DNA from: Octopus vulgaris
Taxonomy: Eukaryota
DNA: 64,000 bases
Direction of reading: 5' to 3'
Assembly: GCA_951406725.2 (NCBI GenBank)
Contig: OX597816.1
Span: 42,718,001-42,782,000, forward strand
The position numbers were made by a program, and so were the translations under genes. The notes under the pieces are model-generated. The model ran no database searches. It worked only from the letters and a program-made list of their open reading frames with translations, and was not told the DNA's origin. The first letter of the stretch is position 1, and each line of letters begins with the position of its first letter. Positions 52,745 through 64,000 of the stretch are shown piece by piece.

Positions 52745-54675
52745 TAAAACATAGATAAAACTTAGATATGTTTCGACCAAAGATTGGTCCAGGCCATGTC
52801 TAACTTAATAGCATCACCTGATAGAGTTATCTAAATCCTGTTTAAGTCAAGTTTTGTTTATGGTCCATTCAAGTAGTGAGTTTTTGTTGGGTGAGTTGTA
52901 TCCAATTATGGGTGGCTTATCTGGTATTCCTGGAAGGAATCTATCCAAACTCCGTTTAAAGTTGATGGGATCCTTTTCCTCTTTGATCTCTTTCGGGACA
53001 ATGTTAAATAGGGAAGGGCGTGTTGAGGAAAAGAAATTATGTTGCAGTGTACATGTATGCTGTGATCTTGAATTGGGCAGGGGACGTACGGCCTGTGGTC
53101 CCAGTCTTGGATGAACCTTGAAGCTAATGTTCAGGTCGTTTGGGCAAAGTTGGCGGTATATTCTCCACATCGTACAAATGATGTACTGCTCACGGCGACG
53201 CTGGAGAGAGTAGAGTTTCAAGGCTTTAAGGCGGTCCCAATAATCGAGAGCAGCCATGCCTTCAATTCGTTTAGTGAGTGCCCTCTGGGGTGATTCAATC
53301 CTCGAGATGTTTTGTTTTGTATGGAGAGACCACAGTGGGCAGCAGTATTCGAGGTGTGGTCGTACAAAGGAGGAGAAAAAAGTGGTATGATGACACCTTG
53401 TTCTCTGGACCGGAAAGTTCTTAAGATCGAGGAACTCATCCTACGAGCTATATCGACCTTCTTGTTGATGTGTGCACTCCAACTGAGATCTTCATCAACA
53501 ATTACACCCAGGTCTCTGATATTGTTAGAGGCTGTGAGCGGTTCCCCCGAAGGAAGAGAGTATGGTTGTTTTAGTCAGGAATTTCTTCCAAAATACATCA
53601 GCTCAAATTTTCCCTCGTTCAGTTGTATTTTGTTTCTGTCTGCCCGTTAACTCACAGCATATAGATCAGACTGGAGTTGAGTTCGGTCTGCTTCTTCATT
53701 GATGATTTGCTGGAGCTTAGTGTCATCAGCAAATATTTTCACTTTGCAGTAATGTACGACACTGGAAAGATCGTTTATGTAAATTATAAAGAGTAGCGGG
53801 CCCAAGACAGTCCCCTGGGGGACACCGCTGGTGACTTTTGCTGGGCTTGAGTGGACTCCATCAACTACAACATGTTGTGTTCTATTCGCCAGGAAATACT
53901 TAATCCAGTATAGAAGTTTTCCAAGGATTCCAACATTTGCCAATTTTGAGAGTAGGATATTATGGTCAACCCTGTCGAACGCTTTACTGAAGACAAGATA
54001 TATGACATCAGAGATCGAACCTGTTCCCAAGGCTTTGAGTATATCTTCAATGTGGTGTAAGAGCTGCGTTAGACAATCCCTGCCACAGCGAAAGCCATGC
54101 TGATTTGCATTTAGGAGTTTGTGGGTCTCCAGGAAGTCAGCTATCCTTGATCTTAACACTCCTTCAAACACTTTAATGATGTGGGAGGTGAGTGAGATTG
54201 GGCGATAGTTGACTGCGAGGGATCTGCTTCTCTGTTTGAAGACCAGGATGACAGACTGGGATAGAAGCTGTTTCGGTATATAACCTGAGTCTAACGAAAT
54301 TCTCCAGAGGTTGGTCAGAGGTACTGCATGTTGGTGTCTACATTCCTTCAGGAGACTAGCGGGGAATCTATCAGGACCTACAGCAGAATAGCATTTGCCT
54401 CATTTATTGCTGCTATGATGTCGGAGGCAGTGAAGGTTATGTCTGAGATTTTATGTTGGGAATCAACTTCGGTCGCTTCTCAATATCAGTGGGAACACTA
54501 AATACAGAGCAGTATTGTGTCTGCAATATTTCTGCCATTTCTTTAGCATCGTGTTGCGGAATGCCGTTATCATCAATCAATGGCCCAATGGGTGAGACAG
54601 TGGTTCTATGCTTATTTGCATAAGAATAGAACACTTTTGGTTTCTGTTTGATGTTTTTGATTACCCACTGTTCCT

Positions 54676-54677
<2 letters not shown>
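52745..54677 (-). mobile_element. 5'-truncated CR1-like (Zenon-type by inference) LINE with RT domain and 3' UTR
   Basis: NQHGFR.GRDCLTQLL, YL.FSKAFDRVDH, SGVPQGTVLGPLLFIIYINDL, IFADDTK, YWDRLKALKLYSLQRRRE...NSLLEW. A few stops and frameshifts; (TA)n on both flanks. Confidence 0.93.
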
Positions 54678-55160
<483 letters not shown>

Positions 55161-55161
55161 A

Positions 55162-55400
55162 TTGAAGAGGAGATAAGACGTGTTGGCATGATGTATTTGC
55201 AAGGCATGATTAAACAGTGGATACAGCTTACTGACCATGTTCTTCGATTGCACAAGACAAACATGCTACCATCATAATGGAATCGGCGCCGAAAGTAAGA
55301 GACACACCGAGTAGAAGACCATGGAAAAGTCGGTGTTGTACGATCCACGACGACGTGATAGCGTCGCATATCTGCTCGGTTGGAGCTATTTATGCGTATG
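55162..55400 (+). mobile_element. Decayed RTE-type LINE 3' remnant
   Basis: IEEEIRR...DHVLRL...IMES.P....RRPWK resembles the RTE C-terminal W.GHVLR...W.P...GRP. Confidence 0.4.
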
Positions 55401-56175
55401 TAAGATTGCATGGGTTTGGAATTACGTTTATCATAACGAATGTCCCAAATAATACTCTGTATATTAATAGTTGTGAGTGAGAGTATTGTTGTGACTTGTG
55501 CAAAGACTTAGAATTAAATTAGTCAAAGTTTCATTTTATAGACAAGAAAATGGAAACATCATTTATGAAGGAGAAACAACAACGTGAATTTGAAACCCAC
55601 TGCACGCAAGTTTCACAATAAGATTATAGATTAACCAATTGTTCATCATCAGTTAATAAATGGGGCATATAATTTCATTAATGAATAATTTGCAATTCAG
55701 GAAATAAATTTAGAATAAACCTGAAGTAAAATAAATAATTCAAGATAATTGCACGACAACTAAAATTTAGAGGGAATCTAAATCGATTTAATGATAAATG
55801 CCATCCGCTCCCATCCCAATAGTATTTCCCTTAAATTTTATTTTAAGTTACTATCATTGCATCAAAATTAAACATGGATTGCACTTTGTTAGTTCAATAA
55901 TCCTCAAAGCTGATTCATCGCTTAATTTCAGAGCAAATACCGAAGCACCCGCCTAATAGCACTTCCAGGAATGCATTATTGTGCACAAGTTTACATTATA
56001 TGTTTGTGTGTATGCGTGTGTATATATGTAGGCGGTGCGTGTCTACCTATGTTTCTGTATGTAGGTATACAGTTTTACCGATCAATTTATCTACTTCACT
56101 CGATCTTAATACACATCAGATTCGCAGTGAGTATTAGATAAATAGATCTGGCTTCCTAGCCTAACGAGACTATGA

Positions 56176-56215
<40 letters not shown>

Positions 56216-56416
56216 AATATGTATGCGTATGTGTGCACGCGTGCATGGGTGTGTGTTTTAGGTTTATGTTAAGGACAGGTAGAAAAAGAAGACTTTTGCG
56301 ATTCGCGCGAACTCTTCTTAAAAGAATACAAAAAGGGACTAGAATGTCAAGAGTAAAGAAAACGTGAGTTTCAATCAGACTGTCACCTATATATATATAG
56401 ATAGATAGACAGACAA

Positions 56417-56455
<39 letters not shown>

Positions 56456-56739
56456 CATGTATATAAGTGCGTGTGTATGTATGCTTGTGTGTGTGTATTT
56501 CAAATGTTAGAGAGAGAAGGAATCAATAGACGAAAAGTGGGCAAAAACTCAAGGAACAGGAAAAGGAGACAAATCCTCGATGCTATGAACATACGGCGGT
56601 GATTTTCTCATCAGGTTCTCTCGGAGATGTCCTAGTTGTTTGCCGCTATTTCAAACCAAGACCATTCCTATCAACAGGAGCGAATGCTTATATAAATAAT
56701 CATATCTATATCTATAAATATATATATATATATATACAT

Positions 56740-56930
56740 AGGGGATAATTCACGAATAGTGAAGACACGACGAAGACAGGTGGTATAGAAAACAAACATA
56801 TGTATTAGCATAACGCTCGAGAATTGAAAACGTCTTTAACGTTTCGAGCCTACGCTCTTCCACAGAAAGGAACTCAGAAAGAAACAGGGAGAGGAAAAAA
56901 TGTGTGTTGCGGCTAACGATCTATCATGAT
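56740..56930 (-). mobile_element. Short (TA)n-adjacent element with minimal hammerhead-like motif
   Basis: Minus 56869-56834 reads CTTT-CTGTGGA-A-GAGC(GTAG)GCTC-GAAAC-GTT-AAAG. Paralog of 3583-3795. Confidence 0.55.
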
Positions 56931-56980
56931 GAGATGTGAGTGTATATATACATATAGACACACACGCACGTGTATATATG

Positions 56981-57130
<150 letters not shown>

Positions 57131-57977
57131 TATGTATGTATTTAAATACGGATTACTCTCTGAAACAATTTTTAACTCTGACATGTCACTGAAAATAATG
57201 TGTTATAACAACGGATAGTTTGATGTTATTATTTTGATGAAACCAAGTCATGACATTGATTCTACTCAGTTTAAGCAGTCTTAACGATTGACTTGACATC
57301 TGTGTCATCATGATGGTCTTCAGTTTCAAACAGGCGCGGTTTTGAGGTGAGAAGTTTGCTTCCCAACCACGTAGTTGCATTACCAGTCTCACAGCCTAGA
57401 ATCCAAGGTAAGTGACTGCTACTATACTCCAGTTTCAAACAAAGGGTTGTATGTATTTGTTAAAGAGAAACCTAAATAATCCTGCCGTATAACTCGATGG
57501 AGTAAGAGAATGTATGAAGGAGAAGGAAAATTTACACGAGAAAAATATCCAGTAAACAGATGGCGAAAGTTACTGGGGAAAGAGGATCGGAAATGTGTAA
57601 AGGGAGATAACTTTTGTTGGTTACAGTAAGGTTTTAAAGAAAACTAAAAACACATTTTGTAAACCAGTATTAAGTGAGTGTTAGTGGGAAAAAATCATGC
57701 TAGTCTGTCGTCTGAGATTGATTTTAATGTTTGGATGTCTATTTATATATGTAAGATGAGAAAATATTAGCTCATTCTGTCTCCGCGTAGTATATTTTAT
57801 TTGGACTTGTATAGGGCTGCATAATTTTATGACTCTAAAGAAGAACGAAATAATTTATAATGCAATCTTTGCAATTTTGAGGAATGTGAGAAGAGTAATG
57901 TTCCTGAAACAAATTGTAGGAAGTTTGAAATGATTTGTTTAATAACATCCTCTGCCATTACGCAATAGAAAACAAGT

Positions 57978-58538
57978 CACCTTGATCACCTTGACCGACC
58001 AGTACGTCAGACGTCCATTTCCCACCGCTGGTCATAGCTCGCTGTGCACTCCTCTCTGGATCGCGCCTTCCTCATCGATGTGATCCCAATCGCACTCCTA
58101 AAATCGCAACTCCACCGTCGTGGAGGCCTTCCGAGTGGTCGTTTCTGCTCGCGCGAGAACCACTCAACATCTGCGCGGGTCCACCGATTATCGATGAGCC
58201 GGGTGAGATGTCCAGCCCATCTAAACTTGCTGCGTGTATATTCTACGATGACATCCCTCACGCAGGACTTCCCTCTGATAACCTCACTACTGATGTGCTC
58301 TCTCAACAAGATTCCAAGCATTGACTTCTCGATGACGCTTTGAACCGTTACCAGACTCTGCTCTTCTCTCTTTGTTGTAGCCCATGTTTCACTACCATAT
58401 AACATTGCAGGCAGAACTGCGCTATTGATGAGTTTGGCGCGAGTGGTTCTGTCCAACCTTTCCTTGAACACATCCCTTATGCCATTAAACGCCTTCCATC
58501 CGGCCCTTACTCTCCACGAGATCTCATTTTCGATATCT
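57978..58538 (-). mobile_element. 3' end of an RTE-clade LINE
   Basis: AGWKAF...VLPAMLYGSETWA...FRWAGHLTRL.DNRW...KRPLGRPPRRW, followed by a tandem-repeat tail (TCAAGGTGA)2. Confidence 0.9.
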
Positions 58539-60636
58539 GGGCAATAGAAAACAATTACGAAACATAACTAGCCATAAAGGTCTTACATATATATTGTAAA
58601 TCTATTAAATTTTGGCGATGATTTTATGCATTTTTCCAAAGTTATTCTTTGCATTTTGTTTCTGTTTACGTTGTTGTCATTGTTGTCATTGTTGTGTATT
58701 TCTTATTGCTGTTGATGTTTTTGCATAGTTACAGCTCCTACTCTTTTTGCCGCTCTTACACTTGATGATGACGTAGTTTTAGTTATTGATTCTGTTACTA
58801 TTCTTATTGCTATTGCTGCTAATGCTGTAGATTGTGTGCATTTGTTTTTTGCCATCAATTTTTAGAAATAATAAATGTCGATTCAGCTTTTTCACGTTCA
58901 ACGCTATTGCAGGCTTGCATCTCCCAGTCTTTAATTTTCAGGCATATTTCAGCTAAGACTGCAGTATCATATATGCCTCTTATTCAAGAGACTAGTACGG
59001 CGTTTGAAAGAAATCTAGCTGCTGTTTGCTGTTCGTCATTGTTTCTACTAGTAGAGATGGAGGTGGTGGGATAATAATCTCTGGAATTAATATTGGTGTT
59101 GATAATTTTTTATCATATTTTTCTTATATTTCGCCTTGCTGTATTTTATTTCTATTCTAGTTATGTCAAACAATGTAAGGGTTAGTGATAGTATCAACAG
59201 AGTTGTTTGACATTGACCAAAAACATCTTTTATTCCCTCGGCAAAATTGTCAGCTCGTATTGTCGTGTTGGTGTTCTTCTGATGTTTTATAATAATGGAT
59301 GCATTTTTTTTTTACTTTTGGCGTAACCTTAAGTGCCTCAGTGCCTTTCAATTGTTTATGTAGTCACTGTTGGGTTTTTTTAATAATTTCGTTTTAGCTG
59401 CTATACGGTACACAAGACTGTTGCCATAATGTTGCTGCAGGGCTTATCTTGTTTCCACTTCCGTCTTTGTTAACGGAAACCAAGAGTATCATTCAGCTAC
59501 TTCGATAGAGAAGAAAAAGGAAATTGATTACACTAATGTGAATGAAAAACTTTAGAAAAACTTTAAACTCAGCATTTATTTGGGTGTATACAAAATAATC
59601 ACCGCCTCCATATTCTAAACTTTGGAAATTGAAAATTTCAACAACGAAACATAAACACTTAGAAATTAATTAAGAATTGTGCGAAAGGTTTGAGCTGTTA
59701 CATCCTCAGGGAATGGCAAACATTCAACATAAGTGACAAGAAAAATTGTATAAACATTCGCCCTACCCCAACTGTGGCTTTGTTTTCCATTCTTATGATT
59801 TCAATCTATCCAAATTTAAAACCTTCGGAAGCACATTCCCCATTGAAATCCATCATTTCGTTTTTAGAAAGAGGAAGTTTGTAGAAAAACAAAAATATAT
59901 TAACTTAAGGATTGCTTTACATAAAATAAGCAGTGCCACTACATTACCACTCAGACTGCTGGTAGGAGTAAACTAATTTCCCTCAATCTCACTCTACACT
60001 CTCAAAAGTAATATGCACAGGATAATATGATTTTTATTGCAGAAAGCCTGAAACGACGACCTGATAATGAGTGTTGAACTGTATTTTAACATAGGACATT
60101 TTCATGAGACTTTAACTGGGGTTAAACAGTTATATGAAAATATAAGTTGTTTATGTTAATAAAATCATTGATATTTAAATTTGTGAAGTAATTCGATCAG
60201 TCTTTTTTCAATACCTAAGGAGAGACAGTGACAGATTGCTTTGCTTATAATGATAATGTCATGGAGAAAGTGAAGCTCATCACGTAATCTCACCCACTCC
60301 AACAGAAACCTATATTCTTTAGATAAATCTGTAGATTTTCTTGCTGAGAAGCAATTAGCAGGGATGTCAGTGGATAGGTAGAATTGTGAAACTAAGTCAA
60401 AACATATCATGTTATCTGGGCATATGCCTTCTCCTTTATACTCTTGCTGAGATCAACTTCGCCTTACATATTCCTGACGTCTGAAATAATGAAGTGTATT
60501 AAAAAAAACTATAGGCAATTTCATAGAATACCATTAGTCCACTTCTTTCTGGAGATAGGATTATTGTATTTATTATTATTTTTATATAAAAACAAAAGAA
60601 AATTCTCTAACATCAGGCTACAACAAAAAGTAAACT

Positions 60637-61740
60637 TAGATGCCACGAACCCTCCTAAGTATACTAGCTATCCCTGTTAACACTTTCTGGAGCAATGCTA
60701 AACTGGATTTCGTGCATATTTCCTTTATACGTCTGCTCAAACATATATGTATGGTTCCAATGCATCTATAAATACTGGGATACATTTTACCCGTACTTTA
60801 CATAGTCTCTATAATTCAATGGCTGAGTCCTGGTACTTTATTATTTTTTCTATACATCATATATTGACTGTAAGTCAATCATCTGGCATTTTCTATCCTC
60901 TTCAGGTACTATTACTAAATCAGGTCTTCTAGCTTATATTACTCTGTCAGTTTGAATGCTAAAGTTACACATCTTGTATTTCTAATTTCATACCATTTAT
61001 CAGCATGTTCAAATCCTAGATTTCTACTCCCATTGAATAAATACCAGTGGATAACACTCCCTAAATTGTCATGAATTTTCTTATATTCTTTCTGTGCTAG
61101 CATGTTACATTCACTTTCTATATGTGTAACACTTTTCTCTTCTGATTTACATAACCTACTCTGGGAATCTTCTTGGTTTCTATCTATCTTGTCTGTTATC
61201 CAATTAGTCCTTAATGCTCGATCTTTGCTGCTGCTAACAAACTCTCTGTCCCCCTCTTCAGCTTTCTTTTCTGTAACTATAACCACGTCTCACAACTACT
61301 ATTTGCTGCAGCTATCTTTGGGAATCTACCACGCAACACTTTTTCCTGAGAGTCAGACAATTTCTGTTCATTTTTCCTGATTTTCAACTGCGTTAGAGAG
61401 TTTTTAGTTTCCCTATGCCTTATTGTGACTCTAGCAGCTTTTAATAATATCTCTATACTATTACCTACGTAAGAGTTTATATCTACTGTAGCTAACTCTA
61501 CTCAGTCTTCCACTGATATTAACCCTCTTCCGCCTTCCTTTCTAGCTAAATAAAAACCTTGCTACTCCTGATCTCGTGTGGCGTCCTCCATTCATATTGA
61601 ATTCCTTCCTACAGTACTACAGTACACCTTTCCTAATTCAGTTTTTTTTTGTTTTTGTTCAATCTACAAAACCTACTGAGTATCTAAATTATGATGCTGT
61701 TCATGCATTTACTGCTTTGACATCATTAGCTTCCTCACAC
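60637..61740 (-). mobile_element. Degenerate R4/Dong-clade LINE 3' portion (CCHC finger plus RLE)
   Basis: LARKEGGRGLISVED; DRALRTNWI..SRLCK.E.KSVTHI.SEC.MLAQKEYKK.HD...IHW; EK.IKYQD.AIEL...IPV.I.AL...LLQK...A.ILRRV. Confidence 0.85.
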
Positions 61741-61842
61741 TTTCTGTCTGAGGTACTTGTGATTTGACAGATAGTTCACCCACCCTGCAGACACAATAGG
61801 TTCAATCAACAACATCACAATAATGGATACTATGCGGTCTTA

Positions 61843-61899
<57 letters not shown>

Positions 61900-61975
61900 G
61901 CTGCTGCTGCTACTGCTGCTACTACAACTACTACTACTACTACTACCGATGATGATGATAATAATAATGATAATA
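61843..61975. repeat. (TAC)n/(TGC)n/(GAT)n compound trinucleotide repeat
   Basis: Read directly from the sequence. Confidence 0.9.
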
Positions 61976-61979
61976 TTAA

Positions 61980-63420
61980 CGATTCTTTCTTTATTGGCCA
62001 CCGGGCCCGAACACAAACATAAACGACGATACACAGACGGGGGACAGATATGTTAAACTTGCAAATAGCAAACAAGCACATCGATTAACAAAGAGATTAA
62101 ATCAACAATATGCTTCCCAAATAGGGGGTAGATCCACCGTATTGTGACCAATGAGACCTAATGCATGTTGGGTCCCTTAACACGACCTGTTCCTCGACAA
62201 TGTACCGTCACTTCTTTCCAATCGCCCTACAGACGCACACTTACAGTTGTCCAATTCATGCAGGCCATTCTTGCTAAATTCGCTCACCTTTCAACGAACT
62301 TACTAGGTGACAGTACCTCCCTCTCCAGCCTCACTTTCCTTTTCAGATAGAACACGAGAATATTAATGCGGCCATGTCCAAAGGGGAAGGTACTCGTCTA
62401 CAAACCTTTCAATCGCGTCCACCACACAGTCTGTTTTTCCATAGCCACCAATCAGAGAAACATAGCCTTCCCCTCCCTGCCAAAGGAAGAAGGCGGGGAA
62501 ATCTTCACAATGGACGCGGATGATAGTCGGATTCGTGCTACACGTCACAATATTTGTTCGACAAAGCTCCACAAATACTGATGTATTTGTAGGAGAGCAT
62601 GCGGAACGGTTTAATCTCTCCACCTTACTGACTGTACACCCGTGCCTGTAGAGCTCATCTTGAACCGGTAGGTCCCCACCCCACGAGAGCACTGTGAGTC
62701 CAGGGATTACTGGAAGTTATCCACAGTTCCTGGCCCAAAAGTTCCCCGAAAAAGACCAGTCTGTTGATCTCCCTTGATTCTCAGGACTTCTCCGGGTAGG
62801 TCGTCTCTCTTGCTCTCCTCTATAAAACTTCATTCTGAAACTTCCACCAACTCCATTGCCCGAATGACCGAGGACTGTGAGCGCTTAGAGACACTCTAGG
62901 TGCCAAGTACCCTGACTCGATCTACGCCTGATCCAGGACTGTACTTCAGGCAAGGGGACGAGCTGAGGAAAAGAGTGTTCAACAAAACGGTGACCACACC
63001 TACTCACAGTTACGGTACCACTGGTGATGTCGCAGCCTGAGTGTATGTATGTGCATCCACATCCACGGCATTTCCAGTCCTCCACTCAACGGGTGCTAAC
63101 AACATAATAGACCGTCTGACAAGCGAGGAAGCAGATGAGTAAACGCACCATCCCGTTCTGCCACAAAGCGGGGTCAAGGGACGACAGTCAGTCGGTAACA
63201 TATGACGGAAGCGATGTACACATTCGCCACCTCTGCCCGACCGTTCAAGGACAACTTCCTCTGGGCCCATTCTGGTTGAGACTGGCATCCCTGTCTATCA
63301 CCTCGCCCCAGCTCTTGTCCACTTGGAAATCAGAACCTAACCAGACCCAGAACCCCACAACGCTGTCGGTTGGCAAGGGGCCTGCCCCTCCAGGTGCCGG
63401 GCTGGAGGCGCACTGACTTC
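61980..63420 (-). mobile_element. 3' portion of an L1/Tx1-like LINE ORF2 plus 3' UTR
   Basis: GC-richer segment. The minus strand gives ...VWWTRLKGL...FYLKRKVRLEREVLSPSKFVERW, then AATAAAG and a repeat tail near 61990. Confidence 0.6.
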
Positions 63421-64000
63421 TGTTCCTTACAGTTATACCTAGCCACACACAATTATAACTCTCCAAATTTAAGTGTGTGTGTGTGTGTATGTGTGCGTGC
63501 GGGAACATAAGTACGTATGTATGAAAGTATATGCATAAAAGCGTGAATCTGGTTCACTGCCTTCATTTGATTTTTTCATTGGTGGCTATAGCACTTGACG
63601 CATTTACTACGTTCTTACAGTTATTTATTGCAGACGATATACGAAATCGTACATATATGAACGATTTTCATATACTAACATAATTATTTTGGACTTGTGC
63701 TTCTGTAATAAAATGATCAATATTAATGTTGTTAGTAAACACTGCCAGAAGATGATAAAATAATTCAGAAATACATAATTTGCCTTGCATAACTAACGGT
63801 TGGTGCCATATATATATGTATATATATATATAAATTATTGACTAGTACACTTAATTACTATTTATTTTCAATATCAAAATCCTATTTTGTTCCTTACAAT
63901 ACGTTAAACATCAACTGCATTTGTTTACAAATCATTTTTTTAAAATAAAGATTAGTTATGGGAACAATATAGAATGATTTAATTTCGTCTGCATATACGT

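Overview
This is AT-rich, microsatellite-dense, repeat-dominated eukaryotic DNA. The SINE families are the kind I recognise from Octopus (coleoid cephalopod) genomes; the taxon is inferred from repeat sequence only. I see no intact host protein-coding gene, and nearly all ORFs in the track are microsatellite translations or transposon remnants. The window holds two full-length but inactivated mariner elements, two deleted or rearranged mariners and a mariner fragment, plus MITEs, one of them a foldback with a central (CCCTAA)n telomere-like tract. It also holds a canonical non-autonomous Helitron, LINE remnants of four types (CR1-like, RTE, L1/Tx1, R4/Dong) and at least five tRNA-derived SINE families. 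The most notable signal is a set of type I hammerhead-ribozyme motifs: one structurally complete at 39764-39810 (minus strand), with variants at about 3.7, 30.2, 40.0, 47.5 and 56.8 kb. They sit in short non-coding elements next to (TA)n tracts, some with inverted arms, consistent with Penelope-like pseudo-LTR or retrozyme-type elements. A structural 3'-tail match also links the main CORE-type SINE to the CR1-like LINE.
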